Assembly: GCA_963736005.1 (NCBI GenBank)
Contig: CAVTNB010000001.1
Location: forward strand, 1,856,001 to 1,920,000
Direction of reading: 5' to 3'
Source: an uncultured Pseudomonadota bacterium
GTDB lineage: Bacteria > Vulcanimicrobiota > Vulcanimicrobiia > Eremiobacterales > Eremiobacteraceae
DNA: 64,000 bases
How positions within the stretch are numbered: the stretch's first letter is position 1; every line of letters begins with the position of its first letter. Under the pieces are notes generated by a model that had not been told where the DNA came from, did no database searches, and worked only from the letters and a program-made list of their open reading frames with translations. Positions 49,941 through 58,922 of this stretch are shown in pieces. The position numbers and the translations under genes were made by a program.

Positions 49941-49966
49941 GGGGTGACTTTCGCAGTTGCCCCTAC
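49941..49966 (-). repeat. Degenerate family C REP-like hairpin overlapping the hydrolase stop
   Basis: Reverse complement GTAGGGGCAACTGCGAAAGTCACCCC. Confidence 0.6.
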
Positions 49967-50760
49967 GTGTTTTCTCGATTGAGAAAATCTTTCGTAGCAG
50001 CGATGTACCGACCGAAAGCCGTGCGGTGCAGGTTATGACCTTCGCCCTCAAAGATTTGCAGCTCGACGCGCGGGCCGCCCTGCGAGCGGACAAAACCTAG
50101 ATCTTCTTGTGACATGACCGATTCGTTCGGCCCCGCAGCCAAGATCAGAAGCGGTTTGGGGTAAGCGGCGACCTCGCCGCGCAAATCCCAGCCACCCTCG
50201 TCCACGCGGTTCTCACTTCCCAGATGCTCGACCGCGTCTGCCCGCATGTTCTGTACCGCGTGCAGCTTCCCGAGTAGATCGCTCTCGTCCCACGAGGCGA
50301 GGCGCCGGCGCAGCTCGGCTGCAAGTGCGGAGGGCGCCATCGCGAGGTCGAGTTCTGCGTCGTCGAGATATTCTTTGCGCCACGTGCCGGGCAGCACTCG
50401 AACCATCGGATCGATTGCAACAACTTTGGTTGCAAAGGGTTGTCGTCCACCGAGCAGCGCGACGGCTCCGCCCCACGAGTGCCCGATGATCGCCGCCCGC
50501 TCGCCAATTGCAAGTGCGATTGATCGTAAGTCGGCGAGGCTTCGCTCGAGCGTCATCGGACCACGAACAAAGGCAGAGTCGCCGTGGCCGCGTTGATCGT
50601 ATGCGAAGACTCGATGCGAATCGCAAAGAGCCGTTGCCGTTCGCTCCCAGGACTTGCGCGAGCTCGTGATGCCGTGAATGCAGAGAATGACCGGACCCGT
50701 TTCGCCCCAGGATTCAAGCGTCGTGCTCGTTCCGTCATCGAGCGAAATCTCTCGTTCCAC
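49963..50760 (-). CDS. Alpha/beta hydrolase
   Basis: CIHGITSS, DQRGHGDS, GHSWGG, GEGHN. Confidence 0.9.
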   Translation of the reverse strand: MEREISLDDGTSTTLESWGETGPVILCIHGITSSRKSWERTATALCDSHRVFAYDQRGHGDSAFVRGPMTLERSLADLRSIALAIGERAAIIGHSWGGAVALLGGRQPFATKVVAIDPMVRVLPGTWRKEYLDDAELDLAMAPSALAAELRRRLASWDESDLLGKLHAVQNMRADAVEHLGSENRVDEGGWDLRGEVAAYPKPLLILAAGPNESVMSQEDLGFVRSQGGPRVELQIFEGEGHNLHRTAFGRYIAATKDFLNRENT

Positions 50761-50832
50761 GTCTCACCCCACTCGTCTTTAGCGTCCCGCTTCGAGAGAG
50801 CGATAACCCGTGCCCTGTGCGAATCAGCGGCG

Positions 50833-51789
50833 ATGCCATTTGGCGACGACGTCCTTGCGGGGCTCACTGCGCGCCCAAAGACCCTGAGCCCGAAGTATTT
50901 CTACGACGAACTCGGATCCAGGCTGTTCGAAGCGATTTCCGCGCTTCCCGAGTACTATCTGACCCGAGCGGAACTAGAAATCTTTTCGTCGCGAGCGGAT
51001 GAGATCGTTGAGCGAGCGGCAGCGCGCAGGCTCGTCGAGCTTGGCAGCGGGAGCGCGGTGAAAACCCGGTATCTCATTGAGGCCGCGCTGCGCCGAACCG
51101 AGACGCTTGCATACAGTGCCATTGATATCTCGGCTGCGGCGCTCGAATCGTCGTCGAAGGCGCTCCAATCGGAATATCCCACGTTGCGCATTCGCAGCTA
51201 TCAGGGTGATTACTTCGACGGATTGCGTCGTTTGGCACGAGCGGAGAGCGCGGCAAACGGGCGAACGCTCGCGCTCTTTTTGGGCTCCAACATCGGGAAC
51301 TTCGATCCGCCCGAAGCCGAAAGATTCTTGCGAGCAATTCGAGCCCTCCTCGCACCGGGCGACGCGCTGCTGTTAGGCACGGATCTTAAGAAAGACCCGC
51401 TGCTTCTCCAGGCCGCCTACGACGACGAGCTGGGCGTTACCGCGTCGTTTAACCTCAACATCCTGGCGCGCATTAATCGAGAACTGGGTGGACACTTCAC
51501 CCTAAGGCAGTTCCGCCATCGCGCATTTTACAATGACCAGGCCAGCAGAGTGGAGATGCATCTAGAAAGTCTTGTCGACCAAATGGTCAAGATCGATTCG
51601 CTCGACGTCAATATCGCTTTTCGCGCGGGGGAGACGATACACACGGAGTCGTCCTATAAGTTCTCGATGAACGACGTCGAGCGGCTCGCCCGCGCAGCCG
51701 GCTTTGACCTCGAGCGTTCGTGGTCTGACTCTGAGAATAGGTTTGCCTGTCATTTGTTGCGTTGCCCAGGATCGGGGGCGCGCGAATAA
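50833..51789 (+). CDS. egtD: L-histidine N-alpha-methyltransferase (ergothioneine pathway)
   Basis: PKYFYDELGS, LPEYYLTRAE, ELGSGS, LGSNIGN, AYDD, VTASFNLN, VEMHL, IHTESSYKF; start uncertain. Confidence 0.92.
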   Translation: MPFGDDVLAGLTARPKTLSPKYFYDELGSRLFEAISALPEYYLTRAELEIFSSRADEIVERAAARRLVELGSGSAVKTRYLIEAALRRTETLAYSAIDISAAALESSSKALQSEYPTLRIRSYQGDYFDGLRRLARAESAANGRTLALFLGSNIGNFDPPEAERFLRAIRALLAPGDALLLGTDLKKDPLLLQAAYDDELGVTASFNLNILARINRELGGHFTLRQFRHRAFYNDQASRVEMHLESLVDQMVKIDSLDVNIAFRAGETIHTESSYKFSMNDVERLARAAGFDLERSWSDSENRFACHLLRCPGSGARE

Positions 51790-51866
51790 ATTCGCGCGAC
51801 TACATGGAACATACAGCTCGGGCGCACGAATAAATTCGTGAGGGGCGATTTTCCAATCGCCCCTAC
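51779..51866 (-). repeat. REP-like cluster (family B, then fused C plus B) between convergent genes
   Basis: CGCGCGAATAAATTCGCGCGACTAC (51779-51803) and CGCACGAATAAATTCGTG-AGGGGCGATTTTCCAATCGCCCCTAC (51823-51866). Confidence 0.85.
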
Positions 51867-51869
51867 ACG

Positions 51870-52475
51870 CTACAAGCGCCGCTCGAGGTGGCGCAGCACG
51901 TAATCCGCCGCAAACGCGAGGACAACCGCTGCAAGCGCGCCCGCCACCGCTTTGGCAGCGTAATCGTGTTCGATGCCGTCAAGCACGAGCACGCCAAGAC
52001 CACCGGCATTGATCCAAGCCGCGATCGTGGCAATGCCAATGAGCGACACGGTGGCGACCCGAACGCCGGCAATGAAGACTGGCATCGCAAGTGGGCGCTG
52101 CACCTGCCATAGGACTTGCGCGTCGCTCATCCCCATTCCACGCGCCGCTTCAACAACTGCCGGATCCACGCCCACAAGCGCGGCGGAGGTGTTGCGAACC
52201 AAGATCATTTGAGCGTAGGCTGCCAATCCAGTCACCGCCGTCCAAAAGCCGAGACCGAGCAGCGGAATGAGCAGCGCAAAAAGCGCCAAGCTCGGTATGG
52301 TGTAGATGATGCTCAACAGCGCGAGCAGCGGCCCCGCCGCGCGGCGTTGGCGTGCCGCGAAGATGCCGATCGGGATTGCAAAAACGAGCGCGATGAAGAG
52401 CGACGTTCCAACGATTTCAAGATGCTGGAGTGTCAAGTGGGCCACGAGCAGCGGATGGCGGATAAGGTACGACAC
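51870..52475 (-). CDS. Opu/Osm-family ABC transporter permease
   Basis: YTIPSLALF, EAARGMGMS, IAAWINAGGLG. Confidence 0.92.
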   Translation of the reverse strand: MSYLIRHPLLVAHLTLQHLEIVGTSLFIALVFAIPIGIFAARQRRAAGPLLALLSIIYTIPSLALFALLIPLLGLGFWTAVTGLAAYAQMILVRNTSAALVGVDPAVVEAARGMGMSDAQVLWQVQRPLAMPVFIAGVRVATVSLIGIATIAAWINAGGLGVLVLDGIEHDYAAKAVAGALAAVVLAFAADYVLRHLERRL

Positions 52476-52480
52476 GTGCG

Positions 52481-53458
52481 TTATCCGGCTGCGGCGCGAG
52501 CCGCCGCAAGCATGTGATCGAGGCTTAAGGTTCCGACGAACTGCCCGGTTTCGTCAAGCACCCGCAACCGAAGATTCCCAGTGGCGAGCATCGCCGAGAG
52601 CGCCGAACGCAAGTCGTCATCGATGCGCACCGTTGCCTGGTTTGGTCCCTGCGTATCAGCCTGCGACGCTTCGTCCAACATCGCGTCGCGCACTCTCATC
52701 ACGCTGAAGCGGCGCACGAGATCGCCTGCGTTAACGAGTTCGGCGACGAAGTCGTCTCTAGGCCGCGCGAGTATCGCAACCGGGCGATCGCTTTGCACGA
52801 TTCGGCCGTTGCGCATGATCACAATGAAGTCCCCGAGCCGTAGGGCTTCATCGACATCGTGCGTCACGAACAAAACGGTCTTGTGCAGGCGTTGTTGCAG
52901 CCCGCACAGCTCGCTCTGCAAGCGAGCCCGCTCGATTGCATCCAACGCGCCAAACGGTTCGTCCATCAGCAAAATAGCCGGATCCGCTGCGAGCGCGCGC
53001 GCCAGACCAACTCGCTGCTGCTGTCCCCCAGAGAGCTGTGCCGGAGCGCGGTGACCGAATTGGTCCGCAGGCAAGCGAACGAGCTCTAACATCTCGCGAA
53101 CTCGCGCTTTGATTTTTTCGCGCGGCCACCTGAGCAACGAGGGCACGACCCCGGCGTTCTCTTCGACCGTCATGTGGGGAAACAATCCGATCTGCTGGAT
53201 CACATAGCCGATGTTGCGCCGCAGCGCCGTCGGCTCGAGTGACGCGACGTTGATCCCATTGACTGCAACGCTGCCAGAAGTGGGCTCGACGAGGCGGTTG
53301 ACGGTCTTCAGCAGCGTCGTCTTGCCGCAACCTGATGGTCCCAGCACGACCACGAACGTGCCAGGCTGCACGTCAAGCGTCACCTCATCAACGACCCGTT
53401 TGCCGTCTTGGTATGCTTTGGTGACCCGATCGAATCGAACGCTTGGGGTGGCGCTCAC
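52481..53458 (-). CDS. Opu/Osm-family ABC transporter ATPase with CBS-like tail
   Basis: [41 protein letters not shown]. Confidence 0.93.
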   Translation of the reverse strand: MSATPSVRFDRVTKAYQDGKRVVDEVTLDVQPGTFVVVLGPSGCGKTTLLKTVNRLVEPTSGSVAVNGINVASLEPTALRRNIGYVIQQIGLFPHMTVEENAGVVPSLLRWPREKIKARVREMLELVRLPADQFGHRAPAQLSGGQQQRVGLARALAADPAILLMDEPFGALDAIERARLQSELCGLQQRLHKTVLFVTHDVDEALRLGDFIVIMRNGRIVQSDRPVAILARPRDDFVAELVNAGDLVRRFSVMRVRDAMLDEASQADTQGPNQATVRIDDDLRSALSAMLATGNLRLRVLDETGQFVGTLSLDHMLAAARAAAG

Positions 53459-54363
53459 GATGCGCTGGGAACCAAACCAATGCGGGCGAGGAAATCCGCG
53501 GCGACGTCAGCCGGCTCTTCATGCTGGCCGTCGACGCGCCAATTGAGGCGACGCATGACGTCGTCGGTCAGATGCGGTGCCAGCGGGTTGAGCGCGGCTG
53601 GAATGCCCGGATAACGCGCCAGCGCGTCGCGCCGCACGACCGGTGCGACTTGATAGGGTGGGAAGAAATGTTTGTCGTCTGTCAGCACAACGAGGTGGTC
53701 AGCATCAATCTGACCGTCGGTTCCAAAGGCAACGACGACGTCGACTTTTCCATCGAGCAGCGCAGTATACTTAAGTCCGATATCGATAAGGGTGATGGTT
53801 GCAAAACGAAAACCGCCATAAGCTGCTTGCAAGCCAGGCAAGCCGTCTGGGCGATCGGTGAATTCAGGCACGGCACCGAGACGCAGCTGCGGTGCTAGGC
53901 GCGCGCAGTCCGAGAGCGTATGCAACCCGAAGCGCTGCGCCGTTTGGGCCGTTGTCGCGAGCGCTTGCGTGTCGTTCATCGGAGCCGGTTGCAGCCACAT
54001 CAGGCCATACCGCGATTCGTAGTGCGCTTGCACGGTGCGAAAGACGGCGGCGCGGTCGTGCATCGGAGCGAGTTTCAATTGGGTCAACAAAGCGGTGCCG
54101 GTGTACTCGGGGTACAGGTCAATTTCGCCGCGCAAGATCGATGCCATCGCGATGTTCGTGCCACCCAGGTTGAGTTTGCGCTCGACCGAATAGCCCGCGT
54201 GCTCCAAAAGACGCGCGTACATTTCGCCCAGCAAGAGTTCTTCGGAAAAGTTCTTTGAGCCAATCCCAATTCCCGACGTCGTATGGCGCGCGCAAGAACT
54301 CAAACCGGCAACGCCGGCGAGCAATGCGAGCGCGCGCGCGCGGGTGAGTCTAGCGTGTGGCAT
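53455..54363 (-). CDS. Opu/OsmF-family substrate-binding lipoprotein
   Basis: Lipobox-like LSSC, GSKNFSE, YPEYTGT, EFTDRPDG, TDG, FFPPY. Confidence 0.92.
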   Translation of the reverse strand: MPHARLTRARALALLAGVAGLSSCARHTTSGIGIGSKNFSEELLLGEMYARLLEHAGYSVERKLNLGGTNIAMASILRGEIDLYPEYTGTALLTQLKLAPMHDRAAVFRTVQAHYESRYGLMWLQPAPMNDTQALATTAQTAQRFGLHTLSDCARLAPQLRLGAVPEFTDRPDGLPGLQAAYGGFRFATITLIDIGLKYTALLDGKVDVVVAFGTDGQIDADHLVVLTDDKHFFPPYQVAPVVRRDALARYPGIPAALNPLAPHLTDDVMRRLNWRVDGQHEEPADVAADFLARIGLVPSAS

Positions 54364-55006
54364 GCGCCGCCGACCCAAGACGTCGAGAACTCAAGAGCAA
54401 CATCGCGCTGAGCAGACCTTCAGCCGCCAGCGCAAGCAACGCAACGCTTGACCCTCCGAGTAGCAATTGGCGCATATCGTTATTGGCAAGGCCGTCAAGA
54501 ATAAAGTTGCCGAGCCCGCCGGCTCCGATGAACGCGGCGAGCGTCGCGGAAGCGATCACCTCGATGGTGCTCGTGCGCAACCCGGCGATCATCACCGGCG
54601 TCGCCAGCGGATATTCGATTCGGCGGAACATCTGCGCTGGTCGCATACCCATGCCCAACGCGGCCTCGCGAATCGACGGAGAGATGCCGCGAAAGGCAAC
54701 GTCGGTATTGATCAGGATGGGGGGAAACGCAAGCAAGGCCAGGGCGGCGAGTGCTGGAGCAAAACCTATGCCTAAAAGAGGCAGCATGAACGCGAGCAGT
54801 GCCAAACTCGGGATCACCCGCAGTGCAGTCACGAGGCTCACCACAGATTGACCACTGGGCGAGCGTGAAGTCCAAATGCCAAGTGGAACGCCCACAATGA
54901 CGGCGATGAGCAGCGCTGCAACGCTCAAAGCAACGTGCTCGCGCAACGCCAGCAAGACATCTTGGCGATGAGCCAGTGCATACGTGAACGTTTGTGCGAG
55001 CAGCAT
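54350..55006 (-). CDS. Opu/Osm-family ABC transporter permease
   Basis: VIPSLALL, PPILINT, EAALGMGM, LAAFIGAGGLG. Confidence 0.92.
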   Translation of the reverse strand: MLLAQTFTYALAHRQDVLLALREHVALSVAALLIAVIVGVPLGIWTSRSPSGQSVVSLVTALRVIPSLALLAFMLPLLGIGFAPALAALALLAFPPILINTDVAFRGISPSIREAALGMGMRPAQMFRRIEYPLATPVMIAGLRTSTIEVIASATLAAFIGAGGLGNFILDGLANNDMRQLLLGGSSVALLALAAEGLLSAMLLLSSRRLGSAAHATR

Positions 55007-55107
55007 GAGCGGCGTTCCGGATTCTGCGCGATTCCCTCCGACACCCGCACCGCAAGACCCCAAACTCTTAGAAGGCCTCGCGACTCGCTGCGCCAACTGC
55101 CTCGGAC

Positions 55108-55608
55108 ATGGAAGTGTATCTCTTACGGCATGGCGTCGCGCAAGAACGCGACCCAAAGAAGTACTCCGACGATCGTTTGCGACCGCTGACCATTGAAGGA
55201 CTCGAGCGCATGCGCGAGATCGTTCGCGGCTTATTGAAAATTGGAGTCGAGTTCGATGCTATCTTCGATAGCGGTTTTACCCGAGCGCGCCAAACCGCCG
55301 AAGTGATCACCGATGCATATCGAATCGACAGCCGCGACATCCAAACGACCCCGGCGCTCGAACCCGATCACGATCCTGCAGAAGTCATTGCCCTGCTCGA
55401 AGCAAACCGCACAAGCAAACGAATCTTGCTTGTTGGCCACGAGCCACACCTCTCAAGAACCGTTGCCTATCTCGTCGGCTTGCGTAGCGGCGCTGCGGTG
55501 GATTTCAAGAAAGGCGCCCTGTGCCGCATCGACTTCGATGCGCCGAAGAAGAGCGGCGGCACGATCGTGTGGCTCTTGCCGCCGAAGGTTTTGCGGAAGA
55601 TCCGCTGA
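55108..55608 (+). CDS. sixA: Phosphohistidine phosphatase SixA
   Basis: YLLRHG, RPLT, RARQTA, LVGHEP, FKKGA. Confidence 0.9.
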   Translation: MEVYLLRHGVAQERDPKKYSDDRLRPLTIEGLERMREIVRGLLKIGVEFDAIFDSGFTRARQTAEVITDAYRIDSRDIQTTPALEPDHDPAEVIALLEANRTSKRILLVGHEPHLSRTVAYLVGLRSGAAVDFKKGALCRIDFDAPKKSGGTIVWLLPPKVLRKIR

Positions 55609-55610
55609 CG

Positions 55611-56303
55611 TTACGATGAACGGGCGCGGGCGCGCGCGAGTTCCTCGCGTACGCGCGCATCCGATACTTCTGCGAACATGAAATAAAAGCGGCCCACGGC
55701 GAACGGCAGGTCGCGCGAGGCGACCAGCACGATCAGCTCGTCGCAATGCGGTCGGAGGAGCTCCGCGCAATCTGCAGGCGCAACCGGCACCGCGGCGGCG
55801 ATGAAGCCGGCATTTCGTTTGCGGGCGGCCTCAATCGCACACAGCATCGTGGCCGACGTTGCGATCCCATCATCCACGATGATGACGGGTCGATCATCCA
55901 GCGGAAGCGGTTGAGCATCACCACGGAGCCGCTGATCGAGCGACAACGCTTGCTCCCGCGCCTTAGCAAACAGCGACTTGGCAACTGCAGCCGGAAATGC
56001 GGCCGAGTGCTCCGTGACCACAGCGTCGCCGTATGCAGACACCGCGCCGATGGCAAGCTCGGGCTGCATGGGGTGGCCAACCTTGCGCACGACGATCACA
56101 TCGAGTGGCGCATGCAGCGCCTCGGCAACCGCGCCAGCAACAATGACGCCGCCTCTGGCAATGCCAAGAACGACGCAGTTATCCCGGGGATTGAGAACTC
56201 GTGCGAGCGCGAGACCCGCAGCGCGCCTATCGAGAAATGGCAGAGCGGGCTCTTCGCTTGTGCCTTCCACGGTGTGGTCTTCAACTGCGGTGCAGCTGCG
56301 CAC
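55611..56303 (-). CDS. Phosphoribosyltransferase-family protein
   Basis: DRRAAG, GIARGG, VRKVGHP.QPELAIGA, IVDDGIATSAT; start uncertain. Confidence 0.88.
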   Translation of the reverse strand: MRSCTAVEDHTVEGTSEEPALPFLDRRAAGLALARVLNPRDNCVVLGIARGGVIVAGAVAEALHAPLDVIVVRKVGHPMQPELAIGAVSAYGDAVVTEHSAAFPAAVAKSLFAKAREQALSLDQRLRGDAQPLPLDDRPVIIVDDGIATSATMLCAIEAARKRNAGFIAAAVPVAPADCAELLRPHCDELIVLVASRDLPFAVGRFYFMFAEVSDARVREELARARARSS

Positions 56304-56311
56304 CGCCCCTG

Positions 56312-56734
56312 CTAAGGTTGTTCTCGCTCGAGGCTCGCTTGAAACGACCGTACGCCAAATTGTCGTCCGAATTTTTGCTCGACGACGAAATCGGAAATCT
56401 CATTGGCCTCGCGATCCGCTAAGCCAACGAAGCGTAAGCCATAGCGGGTTTGATAGCCGGAACTACTTGGGTTCGCGTACACCACGCGCCCCCGGGCATC
56501 AACGCGCCTCCCAACGCCCAGGCTAAGGAGCAAGGCGACTGTATCTCCCGGCTTCATACGAACGTGGGTACGAACGCAGGCGCCCCCGACGGAAATGTCT
56601 TCGAGCATGCCTTGCTGCTCGTGCGACCAGGGCGTGTTCAATCGCACCGGCTCGCTGATCATCACCCTGGGGTGTACGCGCGGTTGTCGCGTCACACGGC
56701 TCATCGCGTTGCGGAGCGATCGGAACAGTGGCAC
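56312..56734 (-). CDS. PilZ-domain protein
   Basis: TRQPRV, DISVGG (DxSxxG), GRVVY, YGLRF. Confidence 0.85.
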   Translation of the reverse strand: MPLFRSLRNAMSRVTRQPRVHPRVMISEPVRLNTPWSHEQQGMLEDISVGGACVRTHVRMKPGDTVALLLSLGVGRRVDARGRVVYANPSSSGYQTRYGLRFVGLADREANEISDFVVEQKFGRQFGVRSFQASLEREQP

Positions 56735-56809
56735 TATTTGGCTCCAGTATGGACCAACCCGTTGGTTTTACGCTTAGCTTACTGCAAAACCCAAGCGGTC
56801 CCTCTCTCC

Positions 56810-56838
56810 ATAATAAGCAAGCAGGCGAACTGACGCAA
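56810..56838 (-). promoter_or_regulatory. Sigma70-type promoter for the PilZ gene
   Basis: TTGCGT-17 bp-TATTAT on the minus strand. Confidence 0.55.
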
Positions 56839-56888
56839 GGGAACCTTGTTGGATAAGGGCTTTAAGCCTAGCTTTTCGGGGCGGTGAG

Positions 56889-58820
56889 CTAGCCGATCCG
56901 CCGGGGAATCAGCTCGCCTGGCTTTATCAAGTTGCCGTCGAGGATAAAGGAGCTGCTGCGCAGCGTCCGTGCCGCTCGCTTGTGACGGGAGACGTTGGAT
57001 GCGACTGCCGCATACGAGGGGAGTGGTGTCCGCGAGCTGCGCAGGCCAACGACGGTTAAGGTCACTTCCGCGTCTGGCCGTCCCGAGCCGCCCGAATCAA
57101 GCAAAGGCAATTCCCGGCTCACGTGCAGCGCCGCTACTTTGCGCTCGAACTCGCTGATGATGGTGGTTGCGATCGGTTCGATTTTTCCCTCGGAGGAGAG
57201 GACGACGAAGTTGACGCCTCCCAAGTGACCGACAAGAGTCCCGGACGCATCGAACGCTTTCGCCGTGGTCGTGAGCGTCTCGGCGAGGACATTGATGACT
57301 TCATCGCCGCGCCCGAACCCGTAGCGTTCGTTATAGTGTCGTAGGTGATTGATGTCCACGTGCAACAGAGCGAATGAAGCCGTGCCCGCGGCTCGTCGTT
57401 CGATTTCTTGTTGAATGAGCATCCGGCTCGGTAGACCGGTAAGTGGATTTGAGTAGCGCGAAACCGAGGCCTGGAACTCCGTCATGGTGTGCAGCAGATC
57501 GCGGACTGACACAACCCCCGAATACGCACCATTCTCCAAGACGACGATCTCATCGTACATCTCCGAACGCCGGCGATGGACGACCTTGCGCGCAACATCG
57601 TCAATCGAGTCATTCACGTCGACGGCGAGATACGAGTCATCCATCACAAGCCGCACCGGACGCTTTGCGTAGATGGAATAGCCGAACTGGTGCGAAAGCC
57701 GTTCATACAGCTTCGTTCGGCTAACCAAACCCACGGGCGCTCCGGAATCGGTCAAGACCACGCTGTCGAGATCCGGGTTGCGATCGAAAATCTCCATGAC
57801 TTCCATTGTATACGCGGTCGGTGACAGCGCGGGTGACCGCCGCGTCACCGCGCTGACGGTCATTCGTTTTGGCGTAGGCGCCGTACGGCTGGCCGATGCG
57901 CGCTCTCGAATGAAGGCGGCGATTTCAGGTTTAGGTTCCGCGAAGACCGACGACGGTCGCGCTAACAGAAATCCCTGGCCATATTCGACGCCGATCTCGA
58001 TCAGCGTGGCCAGCTCTTCGACCGTTTCGATGCCTTCGGCGAGCACCTTCGCGTCGATGCGCCGTGCGAAGATGATGATGGCGGAGACAAGAGCATTCTT
58101 GGCACGATCGCGGTCGATATCGCGTACCAGCGCAATATCAAGTTTGATATAATGTGGGCGGAACTCCATCACCGCTCGAAGACTATTGTGCCCCGCTCCT
58201 GCATCATCGATGGCCACTTTAAAACCCTGGCGGTGGTAATGTTGCAAGGTTCGTTTGAAGAGATCGAAGTCGTCAATCGCCTGCTTCTCCGTAATTTCGA
58301 GCACAATGCGCTCCTGCGCCAATCGATTTTGATCGACGACATCACGAGAGAGGGCTTCGTTGCGTTCTTCGAAGACGCGCGGGCTGATGTTCAAAAAGAG
58401 ATAGCACCCGGGCGGAATGCCGGACGCATTGGCGATGGCGCGAAAGCGGCAAAGGCGTTCGAGCTGCGCGGCGACGCCTCGTTCGGCCGCTGTTGAAAAA
58501 AGCGCGTCGGCGCTCTCTAACCTCGTGCCGATTGGCCCGCGCGAAAGCGCTTCGTAACCAAGGACGCTGGCGTCTGAGAGCGAGACGATCGGTTGGAAGA
58601 GAGTTCGGATGCGCCCCTCTTTGAGAAGCCGATCGAAGTCATCCCCTGCGGCCTCGTTTGAGGCCAGCTGAGGTTCGTCGATGACGGGCGCGAGGGCGGT
58701 GGCGGACTCGGGTACGGTCGAAGTGACGTCAAGTTCGGAGCCTTGAGGCAACGGAGCACTATCGCCCGTAACGAATCCGAGCAAACGGCGAAAGCGATTG
58801 TTGATCTTAGAAGAGCTCAT
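56889..58820 (-). CDS. EAL-CBS-GGDEF(degenerate) c-di-GMP phosphodiesterase
   Basis: FQPIV, YEALSR, LEITE, IDDAGAG, IKLD, AEGIE, QGF; CBS-like pair; GGVNF in place of GGDEF. Confidence 0.9.
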   Translation of the reverse strand: MSSSKINNRFRRLLGFVTGDSAPLPQGSELDVTSTVPESATALAPVIDEPQLASNEAAGDDFDRLLKEGRIRTLFQPIVSLSDASVLGYEALSRGPIGTRLESADALFSTAAERGVAAQLERLCRFRAIANASGIPPGCYLFLNISPRVFEERNEALSRDVVDQNRLAQERIVLEITEKQAIDDFDLFKRTLQHYHRQGFKVAIDDAGAGHNSLRAVMEFRPHYIKLDIALVRDIDRDRAKNALVSAIIIFARRIDAKVLAEGIETVEELATLIEIGVEYGQGFLLARPSSVFAEPKPEIAAFIRERASASRTAPTPKRMTVSAVTRRSPALSPTAYTMEVMEIFDRNPDLDSVVLTDSGAPVGLVSRTKLYERLSHQFGYSIYAKRPVRLVMDDSYLAVDVNDSIDDVARKVVHRRRSEMYDEIVVLENGAYSGVVSVRDLLHTMTEFQASVSRYSNPLTGLPSRMLIQQEIERRAAGTASFALLHVDINHLRHYNERYGFGRGDEVINVLAETLTTTAKAFDASGTLVGHLGGVNFVVLSSEGKIEPIATTIISEFERKVAALHVSRELPLLDSGGSGRPDAEVTLTVVGLRSSRTPLPSYAAVASNVSRHKRAARTLRSSSFILDGNLIKPGELIPRRIG

Positions 58821-58922
58821 CTAAAGAAGGATGCCCTATCCGTGTCATCGGCGCAACCCAGGCTCATATGTAGGCGGGCGCCATATGAAGGTCGGTTTTG
58901 AGCAATCCCAAAAATCCCACCT

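Noticed and set aside
43184..50000. Genomic island integrated at tRNA-Leu
   Set aside because: No integrase and no duplicated tRNA 3' end noticed; flanking genes are metabolic and carry host repeats
51779..51866. CRISPR array from repeated palindromes
   Set aside because: Copies are dispersed, not regularly spaced, and no cas genes are present
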